NCBI RefSeq assembly: GCF_029227855.1
Contig: NZ_CP074356.1
Source: Escherichia coli
GTDB taxonomy: Bacteria > Pseudomonadota > Gammaproteobacteria > Enterobacterales > Enterobacteriaceae
Strand: one strand, 5' to 3'
Length of the DNA: 64,000 bases
The notes under the pieces are model-generated. The model was given only the letters and a program-made list of their open reading frames with translations. It did no database searches and was not told where the DNA came from. The position numbers were made by a program, and so were the translations under genes. Positions 11,781-23,045 of this stretch are shown here, one piece after another (the first letter of the stretch is position 1; each line of letters begins with the position of its first letter).

Positions 11781-13214
11781 TTACAGCATGTTCCAGCCGA
11801 TCAGCATATTCCACCACCACACGCCAAGGGTGATATGCACCAGGAAGGTTAATATCGTCAGTACCGCACCGACCAACCACCAGGATTTAATATCGTTATA
11901 ACCCACGCCAAAGATGACCGGACCTGCCGCGCCGCCATAGTGAGTAACCATGCCGCCATAGGAGTTGGAGAACAACAGTGCCAGCGCGGTTAACATTAAC
12001 GGTGCGCCGGAGACGTTCGCCAGCATGGCAAATACCGGTAACATGGCAACGATATAGGCACTACCGGAAGCGAAGAAATAACGCACGATAATGCTGAGGA
12101 AAATAATAACGAAGAAAGCAACGTTACCGTGACCATCAAATGCCAGGTTATTTTTAAAGACTTCAGCTAACCATTCGAAGAATTTAACTTTCGATAATAA
12201 GGAGCTTAAGCCGATAATACCGCCGTACCAGATTAAGGTATTCCAGCCGCCTTTATTTTTAACCACGTCTTCCCAGGTAACGATACCCAGCAGCAGCATA
12301 GTCGCCATAACAACGATTGCCACGGTGGATTCATCAACCCCCAGTGACTTACTGAAAATCCAGCCCAGCAGCGCCAGCACGAAGACACCGAGCAGCATTT
12401 TTTCGCGGATTTTCATCGGTCCCAGTTCGGCAAGGCCCGCTTTGGCGATGGTTTTGTTATCCACCTTCTTAATTTCTGGCGGATACATGGTGTAAATCAC
12501 CAGCGGGGTGACCAGCAGCATAATGATACCCGGCAATCCGGCTGCCAGCGCCCATCCACCCCAGCTAATTTGCAGGTGCAGAATGTCGTTGATCATTTTC
12601 AGCGCCAGAATGTTCCCCGCCATTGCGGTAAAGAACATATAGCTGGTGGTTTTGGTGACCATGTAAATGGACATCATCAGGTAATGTCCGACACGACGCG
12701 GACTTTTTTCCGGTTCTGACCCCAAAGCCACCGCCACGCTGTTGATGATCGGTAACACAATGCCGCCCGCACGCGCGGTGTTAGACGGTGTTGCCGGAGC
12801 CAGTACCAGATCGAGGAATACCGTAACGTAACCCAGACCCAGCGTGGTGTTACCGATTTTACCAATCAGCAGATAGGCAATACGTTTACCTAAGCCGGTG
12901 GTCACAAATGCGGCGCTTAAGGTAAACGCGGAGAACACCAGCCAGGTGGTACCTGAAGAGTAACCGCTTAATACGGCGGTGGTCTTAAACGCACCGTCGG
13001 ATAAGTTACCGACCACCACCATGGAGGCAGCAACGGCAATTAACAGTACGACAGGTTCCGGGAAAGGCTTGATAACCAGCCCCACAATGGCCGCCAGGTA
13101 AATACCAAAAAGCACCCACGCCAGTTCGCTTAATCCTGCCGGAGCTGGCATAAAGCCAATAATACATGGGATCGCTAATATCAGAATTAGCTTCCATAAC
13201 GATTTTTTATTCAT
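11781..13214 (-). CDS. ybhI: DASS-family anion:sodium/anion exchanger YbhI
   Basis: A 477 aa polytopic membrane protein (MNKKSLWKLILILAIPCIIGF...). Confidence 0.92.
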   Translation of the reverse strand: MNKKSLWKLILILAIPCIIGFMPAPAGLSELAWVLFGIYLAAIVGLVIKPFPEPVVLLIAVAASMVVVGNLSDGAFKTTAVLSGYSSGTTWLVFSAFTLSAAFVTTGLGKRIAYLLIGKIGNTTLGLGYVTVFLDLVLAPATPSNTARAGGIVLPIINSVAVALGSEPEKSPRRVGHYLMMSIYMVTKTTSYMFFTAMAGNILALKMINDILHLQISWGGWALAAGLPGIIMLLVTPLVIYTMYPPEIKKVDNKTIAKAGLAELGPMKIREKMLLGVFVLALLGWIFSKSLGVDESTVAIVVMATMLLLGIVTWEDVVKNKGGWNTLIWYGGIIGLSSLLSKVKFFEWLAEVFKNNLAFDGHGNVAFFVIIFLSIIVRYFFASGSAYIVAMLPVFAMLANVSGAPLMLTALALLFSNSYGGMVTHYGGAAGPVIFGVGYNDIKSWWLVGAVLTILTFLVHITLGVWWWNMLIGWNML

Positions 13215-13289
13215 TTAAAATCCTGTTCTTTCTGTATGACTCATACAGAAGTCCTTTATTGATTGTCCTTATCCTGACAACGAATTTTT

Positions 13290-14342
13290 TCAGGGAAGAA
13301 AAACTTCACCGGAAAATATTTTTCTGGTTGTCCGAATAACAGATGCGCGTAACGTCGTGGCATCCTGACCTTCATTACTTAAATGAACGTCGAGCGCACC
13401 ACTGGGGTGTTCAATATTGATATTGCCGTATCCTATAGAAGAGACGATTTGTCGGGTGACGGTGCCTTCCAATGCACAACTACTGGAAATGGCAATAGCA
13501 CCGGTTATCGCCAGCGCGCGATGGCAAGAATGCGGCATAAAATAACGCACATTAATTGCTCCGCCTTTCTGCGCTGGAGAAATAAGCACAGGTTTAGGGA
13601 TAACCATATTACTGACATCGCCTAAGCCCATTGCTTTACCCGCTTGTAGACGGATAGATTCAATGCGAGCTAATAATGCTTTGTCGGCATCCAGTTCCGT
13701 CGGTAATTCATAGCCTGTTTTTCCCAGATATTCAGCAGGAATAATGACAACTGGCATCGCCATATCGATACAGGTCACCGGGACATCGTCAAAATAATCA
13801 ATCTGATTATCCGTCGGGAAGACTTTTCCGGTTTTGGTTCCGGCGGCATTCAGGAAAGTGAGCGCAACCGGTGCGGCAGTACCCGGTACGCCGTCAATTC
13901 TGGCGCTACCCTCGTACTCGACAACACCATTTGGCGTTTGCACATCAGCTTCGATGAACGTACCCGTATTGACGTTGCGGATACGTACGCGGGTAACTGG
14001 CGAAGTCGCTGCAATCAAACCATTTTCAATGGCGAATGCCCCAACGCCAGACAGCATATTGCCGCAGTTAGGCGTGGTATCGACACGTTGCTCATGGACG
14101 ATAACTTGAGCAAACAGATAATCGACATCAGCACGCGGATCGCTGGAACGGCTAATAATGGCGACTTTACTGGTCAGCGGATTACCGCCGCCAATACCGT
14201 CAATTTCCAGATCGTTACCGGAACCCATAATTGCCATCAATATTTTATCGCGCTGCGTTTGATCTTCGGGTAGATGTTCCGCTAACAGGAACGCGCCCCT
14301 CGAGGTTCCACCTCGCATCATCACGCAGGGTATTTTTTTCAT
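13290..14342 (-). CDS. ybhH: PrpF-family isomerase YbhH
   Basis: A 350 aa ORF. The MKKIPCVMMRGGTSRGAFL N-terminus is typical of the PrpF / 4-oxalomesaconate tautomerase family. Confidence 0.92.
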   Translation of the reverse strand: MKKIPCVMMRGGTSRGAFLLAEHLPEDQTQRDKILMAIMGSGNDLEIDGIGGGNPLTSKVAIISRSSDPRADVDYLFAQVIVHEQRVDTTPNCGNMLSGVGAFAIENGLIAATSPVTRVRIRNVNTGTFIEADVQTPNGVVEYEGSARIDGVPGTAAPVALTFLNAAGTKTGKVFPTDNQIDYFDDVPVTCIDMAMPVVIIPAEYLGKTGYELPTELDADKALLARIESIRLQAGKAMGLGDVSNMVIPKPVLISPAQKGGAINVRYFMPHSCHRALAITGAIAISSSCALEGTVTRQIVSSIGYGNINIEHPSGALDVHLSNEGQDATTLRASVIRTTRKIFSGEVFLP

Positions 14343-14525
14343 AATAATGCCCTCAATTTAAAAACATAACTTATTGCGATATGGTTACATTAAGGGCAAA
14401 GCATCTCTAATGACTTTAGCTCAACGATTAATAACATTTTTTCATTAATTTAAGTTAGCTAAATGCAGTTAGAATTTTTAACGGCCAGTCACCCAAAATC
14501 GACGCTTCCATTTTCCGGAGTAATA

Positions 14526-15479
14526 ATGAAGCATGAATTATCAAGTATGAAGGCATTTGTCATACTGGCAGAGTCCAGTTCATTTAACAATGCCGCTAAA
14601 TTACTCAATATTACGCAACCTGCATTAACGCGAAGAATAAAAAAGATGGAGGAAGATTTACATATCCAACTATTTGAGCGTACAACTCGCAAGGTTACGT
14701 TAACAAAAGCAGGAAAAAGATTGCTCCCGGAGGCGCGGGAATTAATAAAGAAATTCGATGAAACGCTTTTTAATATTCGTGATATGAATGCTTATCATCG
14801 TGGTATGGTGACATTAGCGTGTATTCCGACCGCAGTATTTTATTTTTTACCGCTGGCAATCGGTAAATTTAATGAGCTTTATCCCAATATTAAAGTGCGG
14901 ATTCTGGAACAAGGTACGAATAATTGCATGGAATCGGTGCTGTGTAACGAATCAGACTTTGGCATAAACATGAACAACGTCACAAATTCATCCATCGATT
15001 TTACCCCACTGGTCAACGAGCCGTTCGTGCTGGCCTGTCGGCGTGACCATCCATTGGCCAAAAAGCAGCTTGTAGAATGGCAGGAGTTAGTGGGTTACAA
15101 AATGATTGGCGTACGCTCCTCCAGCGGCAACCGACTGTTGATAGAACAACAGCTAGCCGACAAGCCCTGGAAGCTGGACTGGTTTTACGAAGTGCGTCAT
15201 CTTTCGACGTCATTAGGACTGGTGGAGGCAGGACTGGGGATTTCGGCGCTTCCTGGTCTGGCAATGCCCCATGCGCCCTATTCTTCGATTATTGGTATCC
15301 CACTGGTGGAACCGGTTATACGTCGGACATTGGGGATTATTCGCCGCAAAGATGCCGTGCTTTCTCCGGCAGCTGAACGCTTTTTTGCCTTGCTGATTAA
15401 TTTGTGGACTGACGATAAAGACAATTTGTGGACCAATATCGTCGAACGCCAGAGACATGCGTTACAGGAGATAGGTTAA
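14526..15479 (+). CDS. ybhD: LysR-type transcriptional regulator YbhD
   Basis: MKHELSSMKAFVILAESSSFNNAAKLLNITQPALTRRIKKMEEDL (HTH) gives 317 aa from ATG 14526. It is divergent from ybhH. Confidence 0.92.
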   Translation: MKHELSSMKAFVILAESSSFNNAAKLLNITQPALTRRIKKMEEDLHIQLFERTTRKVTLTKAGKRLLPEARELIKKFDETLFNIRDMNAYHRGMVTLACIPTAVFYFLPLAIGKFNELYPNIKVRILEQGTNNCMESVLCNESDFGINMNNVTNSSIDFTPLVNEPFVLACRRDHPLAKKQLVEWQELVGYKMIGVRSSSGNRLLIEQQLADKPWKLDWFYEVRHLSTSLGLVEAGLGISALPGLAMPHAPYSSIIGIPLVEPVIRRTLGIIRRKDAVLSPAAERFFALLINLWTDDKDNLWTNIVERQRHALQEIG

Positions 15480-15483
15480 TACA

Positions 15484-15508
15484 CCGGCGCAGAAGAGACT
15501 GCGCCGGG
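15484..15508. terminator. Hairpin between convergent ybhD and pgl
   Basis: Stem-loop ccggcgcag-aagagac-tgcgccgg. Confidence 0.5.
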
Positions 15509-15519
15509 TAAATCAGCGG

Positions 15520-16551
<1,032 letters not shown>

Positions 16552-16669
16552 CTAAAATTAGTCGCTTTTGGCGGTGAATGCTGAATTAAAACGCAGAATT
16601 TTGTCCGATAGTGGTATCGGTGTACCATTCGCGCAGAAGAAAATTCTTAACCTTAATCTGGAATACGCC

Positions 16670-17488
16670 ATGACCACACGCGTGATTGCTCTCGACTTAG
16701 ACGGCACCTTATTGACCCCGAAAAAGACCTTGCTTCCATCATCGATAGAAGCCCTGGCCCGCGCTCGCGAAGCAGGCTATCAATTAATCATCGTCACAGG
16801 TCGCCATCACGTCGCTATTCATCCTTTTTATCAGGCGCTGGCGCTGGATACACCTGCTATTTGCTGTAATGGCACCTATTTGTATGATTATCATGCAAAA
16901 ACAGTGCTGGAAGCGGACCCAATGCCCGTTAATAAAGCCCTGCAACTCATTGAGATGCTGAATGAACACCACATTCACGGTCTGATGTATGTCGATGATG
17001 CAATGGTCTATGAGCACCCGACCGGGCATGTCATTCGCACGTCTAACTGGGCGCAAACCCTGCCGCCGGAACAGCGTCCGACTTTCACACAAGTCGCTTC
17101 TCTGGCTGAAACGGCGCAACAAGTTAACGCCGTATGGAAGTTCGCCCTGACGCACGATGACCTGCCGCAATTGCAGCATTTTGGTAAGCATGTCGAACAT
17201 GAACTGGGACTTGAGTGTGAATGGTCCTGGCACGATCAGGTTGATATTGCACGCGGCGGCAACAGCAAAGGTAAACGTTTGACGAAATGGGTTGAGGCAC
17301 AAGGTTGGTCGATGGAAAACGTCGTGGCATTCGGCGATAACTTTAATGATATCAGTATGCTGGAAGCCGCTGGTACAGGCGTGGCGATGGGCAACGCCGA
17401 TGACGCGGTAAAAGCGCGCGCCAACATTGTGATTGGTGATAACACTACCGACAGCATTGCCCAGTTCATTTATAGCCACCTGATTTAA
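16670..17488 (+). CDS. ybhA: HAD-family sugar/pyridoxal phosphate phosphatase YbhA
   Basis: MTTRVIALDLDGTLL (HAD motif I) gives 272 aa from ATG 16670. The upstream extension in the track is rejected. Confidence 0.93.
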   Translation: MTTRVIALDLDGTLLTPKKTLLPSSIEALARAREAGYQLIIVTGRHHVAIHPFYQALALDTPAICCNGTYLYDYHAKTVLEADPMPVNKALQLIEMLNEHHIHGLMYVDDAMVYEHPTGHVIRTSNWAQTLPPEQRPTFTQVASLAETAQQVNAVWKFALTHDDLPQLQHFGKHVEHELGLECEWSWHDQVDIARGGNSKGKRLTKWVEAQGWSMENVVAFGDNFNDISMLEAAGTGVAMGNADDAVKARANIVIGDNTTDSIAQFIYSHLI

Positions 17489-18547
17489 TCAGGCGGTTAT
17501 CGACACACTTTTAATTTGCGCGTACAGCCACAGGCCTGGTTTGATCGCCAGTTCATCCCTGGCCCACGGGCTGATACGCGCCCACAGCGTTTTACCGCCG
17601 ACTTCCAGCTCCACTTCCACCTGGCCGTTGTCGTCATAACTATTAACAACTTTTGCCCGCAATACGTTACGAATGCTGGTTTGCTGCGGCGGTTGTAAAA
17701 CCAGCGAGACATCGGAAGCCTGAATGCGGATGCGTAGTGCAGCTTGCAGCGGTTCGTCCAGCTTATTGACCCACAAATGCTGATCGCCCAGCGCCAGCGC
17801 GGTCATCGCGTAATGCGGATGATGCTCAAGCACCGTCACTTTCAGAATGCTACTTTGTTGCTCTTTCGGCAGCCACGGATTCATCACGCTACTGCCCCAC
17901 ACTTCCTCCAGCGCGCCAAAGGCTTTCACCTGACCGTTTTCCAGTACCATCACTCTGTCTGCCAGATGGAGGATCTCATCCAGCGAATGGCTGACATACA
18001 ACATCGGAATGTTGATTTCCCGTGTCAGCCGTTGCAGATAAGGCAACAGTTCGCGTTTACGCGGAATATCCAGTGACGCCAGCGGTTCATCCAGCAACAG
18101 CAATTCCGGTGCTGTCAGCAAAGCCCGACCAATCGCCACGCGCTGTTTTTCGCCTCCGGACAGGCTGCCTGGTAAACGGTCAAGCAACGGTTCAATGCCT
18201 AAAAGCGCCACCAGCTTATCGAACTGATCGACCATACTTTTCGACATGCCGTAGCGCAGATTGCCACGCACTTTGTAATGCGGGAACAGCCGCGCATCCT
18301 GAAAAACATAGCCAACGCGACGCTTTTCCGGCGTCAGGCAGATACCTTTTTCGGCATCATTTAGTACCCGCCCATTGAGGACAATCCGCCCTTTTTGCGG
18401 ACGCGTCAGTCCACTGATGGCGTTAATCAGCGAAGTTTTTCCGGCACCGGAGACGCCAAAGATAGCAGTGATGCCATTGGCGGGCAGCGTTTCATTAATG
18501 GTCAGGCAATGGTTGCCCAACGTCTGGGAAAAATTCAGTTCCAGCAT
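17489..18547 (-). CDS. modC: Molybdate ABC transporter ATPase
   Basis: A 352 aa ORF with Walker A GVSGAGKT, the LSGGEKQR signature and a C-terminal Mop domain. Confidence 0.96.
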
Positions 18548-18549
18548 GA

Positions 18550-19239
18550 TTAGCGCCCCGCCCGTTCACGGCTGATTCTGGCCAGCCATTCTGAAATCAA
18601 CAGGGAGATCATCGCCAGCGCAATAGAAATAATGCACAGTCTCGCCGCGCCACTTTCCCCGCCGGGGGTCTGGATCAGGGTATACATGGCAGAAGGAATG
18701 GTTCGCGTTTCACCAGGAATGTTCGACACAAAGGTGATGGTTGCACCAAACTCACCGAGAGAACGAGCAAAAGCCAGTACCGTACCAACAATAATGCCCG
18801 GTAAGGTCAGCGGTAACGTGATAGTAAAGAAAACGCGCCAGCGCCCGGCACCCAGTGTTCTTGCGGCCTGTTCCAGTTTGACATCAACCCCTTCCAGCGC
18901 CAGACGAATTGCCCGCACCATCAGCGGAAACGACATGACGGCGGCAGCGAGAACCGCGCCGCGCCAGCTAAAGGCGAAGGTAATGCCAAACCAGTCATAC
19001 AGACGTTCACCGATAAATCCGCGCCGTCCCATCGAAACTAATAATAAGTAACCGACGACCACGGGCGGTAACACCAGCGGTAGATGCAGTACGCTGTCGA
19101 GCAGAGCTTTGCCCGGAAACGTGCAACGCACCAGTAACCAGGCAAAAAAGATCCCAAACGGCAGGCTAAACAGCACAGCCAGGGAAGAAACTTTCAGGCT
19201 TAATAAAACTGCCTGCCATTCTGGATCGGTCAGTATCAT
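18550..19239 (-). CDS. modB: Molybdate ABC transporter permease
   Basis: A 229 aa membrane protein in the operon with modA and modC. Confidence 0.95.
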
Positions 19240-20012
19240 TACTTGGTTGTAAATCCGTAACGTTTAAAGATTTCCGCAGCCTGCGGCCCTTTCAAATAAT
19301 CATAAAATGCTTTCACCGTCGCATTGTTATGCCCTTCCACAACAGCAACCGGATATTCCACTTTTTTATGCGAATCTTCCGGGAAGGTGGCAACCACTTT
19401 TACCCCTTTGCTGGCAACTGCGTCAGAACCGTAAACAATACCCAGCGGCGCTTCATTGCGTTCGACCAACGCCAGCGCGCCACGAACATCTTCCGCCGGA
19501 GCCAGTTTCGGGGAGAGCGTATCCCATGCGCCCAGTTTTTGCAGTGCTTCTTTTGCATAAATGCCAGCGGGAACATGTTCCGGATCGCCAACCGCCAGAC
19601 GACCGCCATTCAGCAGCGAAGTCCAGTTGGTTTTGCTGTCGATGGTGAAATCTTTCTGCTCGCTGGCTTTCGGTGCTACAACGACCAGGCTATTGCCGAG
19701 CAGTGTCTGACGCGTAGCTGTATCGATCGCTTTTTTATCAACCGCATAATCCATCCATTTCTGATCGGCAGAAATAAACAGATCCGCAGGGGCTCCCGCT
19801 TCAATCTGACGGGCGAGAGTAGATGACGAAGCGAAAGAAGAAACCACATCCACGCCTTTCTCTTTTTTATACTGCGTAGCAATGTCCTGCATTGCGTTAG
19901 TCAGTGATGCGGCGGCGAACACCGTGATTTTCCCTTCATCTGCCAGTGCATTGCCAGCAACAGCGAAAGAGAGTGCCGCCCCGGCAAACAAGTTCAACCA
20001 TTTACGAGCCAT
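19239..20012 (-). CDS. modA: Periplasmic molybdate-binding protein
   Basis: A 257 aa ORF with a signal peptide (MARKWLNLFAGAALSFAVAGNALA). Its stop overlaps the modB start. Confidence 0.95.
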   Translation of the reverse strand: MARKWLNLFAGAALSFAVAGNALADEGKITVFAAASLTNAMQDIATQYKKEKGVDVVSSFASSSTLARQIEAGAPADLFISADQKWMDYAVDKKAIDTATRQTLLGNSLVVVAPKASEQKDFTIDSKTNWTSLLNGGRLAVGDPEHVPAGIYAKEALQKLGAWDTLSPKLAPAEDVRGALALVERNEAPLGIVYGSDAVASKGVKVVATFPEDSHKKVEYPVAVVEGHNNATVKAFYDYLKGPQAAEIFKRYGFTTK

Positions 20013-20031
20013 TGGTAACCCCTTAATCTAA

Positions 20032-20055
20032 CGTTATGTAGGCGTCAATATAACG
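20032..20055. promoter_or_regulatory. ModE operator at the modA promoter
   Basis: Palindrome cgttatgtaggcgtcaatataacg lies about 20 nt upstream of the modA ATG. It matches the CGTTATAT-N-ATATAACG type Mo-box. Confidence 0.7.
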
Positions 20056-20178
20056 GCAAGTTCGGAATTTTCCCAGCAGTTATTGCTAACCTTTGTGAGG
20101 TAGATGAGAAAAAATATCGGCAGGAAAAGCAGGAAGTTGAGAAAAAGAAAATGCCCGACTAAGCGGGCATTCAGGGAA

Positions 20179-20346
<168 letters not shown>

Positions 20347-20456
20347 TCATGAGACTATTCTAACCGCTAAGCACAGAAAAGCACTCCCCTTTTGTGCGGT
20401 CAGCTTTGCGTGGCGTTCGTTTTCCGTCACAATAAGACTTTTGCCAGGATATTGTT

Positions 20457-21245
20457 ATGCAGGCCGAAATCCTTCTCACCCTTAAGCTCCAACAAAAATT
20501 ATTCGCCGACCCGCGCCGCATTTCGCTACTAAAACACATTGCGCTTTCCGGTTCCATTAGCCAGGGAGCGAAAGATGCCGGTATCAGCTATAAAAGCGCC
20601 TGGGATGCCATTAACGAAATGAATCAGTTAAGTGAGCATATTCTGGTCGAGCGCGCAACAGGCGGTAAAGGTGGCGGCGGCGCAGTACTGACCCGCTATG
20701 GTCAGCGACTGATTCAGCTCTATGACTTACTGGCGCAAATCCAGCAAAAAGCCTTTGATGTGTTAAGTGACGATGACGCCCTGCCACTGAACAGCCTGCT
20801 GGCCGCGATCTCACGTTTTTCACTGCAAACCAGCGCCCGTAACCAGTGGTTCGGTACCATCACCGCCCGCGATCATGATGACGTTCAACAGCATGTTGAT
20901 GTCTTACTGGCTGATGGAAAAACACGCCTGAAAGTCGCAATTACCGCACAAAGCGGCGCGCGTCTGGGGCTGGATGAAGGCAAAGAAGTGTTGATATTGC
21001 TAAAAGCGCCGTGGGTAGGCATTACTCAGGACGAAGCTGTCGCACAAAACGCCGACAACCAATTACCGGGTATTATTAGTCATATTGAGCGCGGCGCAGA
21101 GCAGTGCGAAGTATTAATGGCGCTACCCGACGGGCAAACACTGTGCGCCACAGTGCCGGTAAATGAAGCGACTTCTCTTCAGCAAGGACAGAATGTCACG
21201 GCCTACTTTAATGCCGACAGCGTGATTATCGCCACGCTGTGCTAA
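20457..21245 (+). CDS. modE: Molybdate-responsive transcriptional regulator
   Basis: A 262 aa ORF (MQAEILLTLKLQQKLFADPRRISLLKHIALSGSISQGAK...). Confidence 0.95.
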   Translation: MQAEILLTLKLQQKLFADPRRISLLKHIALSGSISQGAKDAGISYKSAWDAINEMNQLSEHILVERATGGKGGGGAVLTRYGQRLIQLYDLLAQIQQKAFDVLSDDDALPLNSLLAAISRFSLQTSARNQWFGTITARDHDDVQQHVDVLLADGKTRLKVAITAQSGARLGLDEGKEVLILLKAPWVGITQDEAVAQNADNQLPGIISHIERGAEQCEVLMALPDGQTLCATVPVNEATSLQQGQNVTAYFNADSVIIATLC

Positions 21246-21312
21246 GCGTGTTGACAATTTGTTATGAAACACGTATCCCTGTCAGTAATCTCTGCAAAAA
21301 ATGGGATATAAA

Positions 21313-22785
21313 ATGTCATCGTTGCAAATTTTGCAAGGCACGTTTCGTCTTAGCGACACAAAAACACTGCAATTGCCTCAGCTAACGTTAAACGCGGGTG
21401 ATAGTTGGGCGTTTGTCGGTTCGAATGGAAGCGGCAAGTCAGCGCTGGCCCGCGCGCTGGCGGGGGAACTTCCGCTTTTGAAAGGTGAACGGCAAAGCCA
21501 GTTTTCCCACATCACTCGTCTCTCCTTCGAGCAATTGCAAAAGCTCGTCAGCGACGAATGGCAGCGGAATAACACCGATATGCTCGGCCCTGGCGAAGAT
21601 GACACCGGGCGTACCACGGCTGAAATCATTCAGGATGAAGTAAAGGATACTCCGCGTTGCATGCAACTGGCGCAGCAGTTCGGTATTACCGCCCTCCTCG
21701 ACCGACGCTTTAAATACCTTTCCACTGGCGAGACGCGAAAAACCCTGCTGTGTCAGGCGCTGATGTCGGAGCCTGACTTGTTGATCCTTGATGAACCGTT
21801 CGATGGCCTGGATGTTGCCTCACGTCAGCAGCTGGCTGAGCTACTCGCCTCGTTACATCAGTCCGGTATTACTCTGGTACTGGTGCTCAATCGCTTCGAT
21901 GAGATCCCAGAATTTGTCCAGTTTGCTGGCGTGCTGGCGGATTGTACGTTAGCGGAAACTGGCGCTAAAGAGGAACTGCTCCAGCAAGCACTCGTCGCGC
22001 AACTGGCGCATAGCGAACAGCTTGAAGGTGTACAATTGCCGGAGCCGGATGAACCTTCAGCACGTCACGCCTTACCCGCCAACGAACCGCGCATTGTGCT
22101 GAGCAATGGCGTGGTTTCTTATAACGATCGCCCCATTCTTAATAACCTTAGCTGGCAGGTGAATCCAGGCGAGCACTGGCAAATTGTCGGGCCAAATGGC
22201 GCGGGAAAATCGACGTTATTAAGCCTGATTACTGGCGATCATCCGCAAGGTTACAGCAACGATTTGACGCTTTTCGGCCGACGTCGCGGCAGCGGCGAAA
22301 CCATCTGGGACATCAAAAAGCATATCGGTTACGTCAGCAGTAGTTTGCATCTGGATTACCGGGTCAGCACTACTGTGCGTAATGTGATTCTTTCTGGCTA
22401 TTTTGATTCGATTGGCATTTATCAGGCCGTTTCGGATCGCCAGCAAAAACTGGTGCAGCAGTGGCTGGATATTCTCGGCATTGATAAACGCACGGCTGAC
22501 GCTCCTTTCCATAGTCTTTCCTGGGGACAGCAGCGTCTGGCGCTGATCGTCCGTGCACTGGTGAAACATCCGACGTTGCTTATTCTCGATGAACCACTAC
22601 AGGGGCTTGATCCGCTCAATCGCCAGCTTATCCGCCGTTTTGTTGATGTGCTGATTAGCGAAGGTGAAACGCAATTGTTGTTTGTTTCGCACCACGCTGA
22701 AGATGCGCCTTCCTGTATTACCCATCGTCTTGAGTTCGTGCCGGACGGTGACTTTTATCGCTATGCGCTGACAAAAATAAACTGA
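21313..22785 (+). CDS. modF: ABC-type ATPase ModF (two nucleotide-binding domains)
   Basis: MSSLQILQGTFRLSD... gives 490 aa from ATG 21313. It has two Walker A motifs (GSNGSGKS, GPNGAGKS). Confidence 0.93.
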   Translation: MSSLQILQGTFRLSDTKTLQLPQLTLNAGDSWAFVGSNGSGKSALARALAGELPLLKGERQSQFSHITRLSFEQLQKLVSDEWQRNNTDMLGPGEDDTGRTTAEIIQDEVKDTPRCMQLAQQFGITALLDRRFKYLSTGETRKTLLCQALMSEPDLLILDEPFDGLDVASRQQLAELLASLHQSGITLVLVLNRFDEIPEFVQFAGVLADCTLAETGAKEELLQQALVAQLAHSEQLEGVQLPEPDEPSARHALPANEPRIVLSNGVVSYNDRPILNNLSWQVNPGEHWQIVGPNGAGKSTLLSLITGDHPQGYSNDLTLFGRRRGSGETIWDIKKHIGYVSSSLHLDYRVSTTVRNVILSGYFDSIGIYQAVSDRQQKLVQQWLDILGIDKRTADAPFHSLSWGQQRLALIVRALVKHPTLLILDEPLQGLDPLNRQLIRRFVDVLISEGETQLLFVSHHAEDAPSCITHRLEFVPDGDFYRYALTKIN

Positions 22786-22951
22786 GTCGGTAATGCTGAC
22801 TGTACCGGAGGCGGCCTAAGCGCCCTCTCCGGCCTAAAGTCCGACGCATCCAGGCATGAAACCGCGACTTTTTTCAGATAAAAAGCGCAATCATTCATAA
22901 ACCCTCTGTTTTATAATCACTTAATCGCGCATAAAAAACGGCTAAATTCTT

Positions 22952-22967
22952 GTGTAAACGATTCCAC
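22952..22967. promoter_or_regulatory. gal operator OE (GalR/GalS)
   Basis: gtgtaaacgattccac lies upstream of the gal promoters. Confidence 0.85.
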
Positions 22968-22989
22968 TAATTTATTCCATGTCACACTT
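22968..22989. promoter_or_regulatory. CRP site of galP1. The overlapping P1/P2 -10 hexamers follow at 23003-23013.
   Basis: taatttattccatgtcacactt contains the TCACA half-site. tatgctatggt carries both -10 elements. Confidence 0.7.
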
Positions 22990-23045
22990 TTCGCATCTTT
23001 GTTATGCTATGGTTATTTCATACCATAAGCCTAATGGAGCGAATT

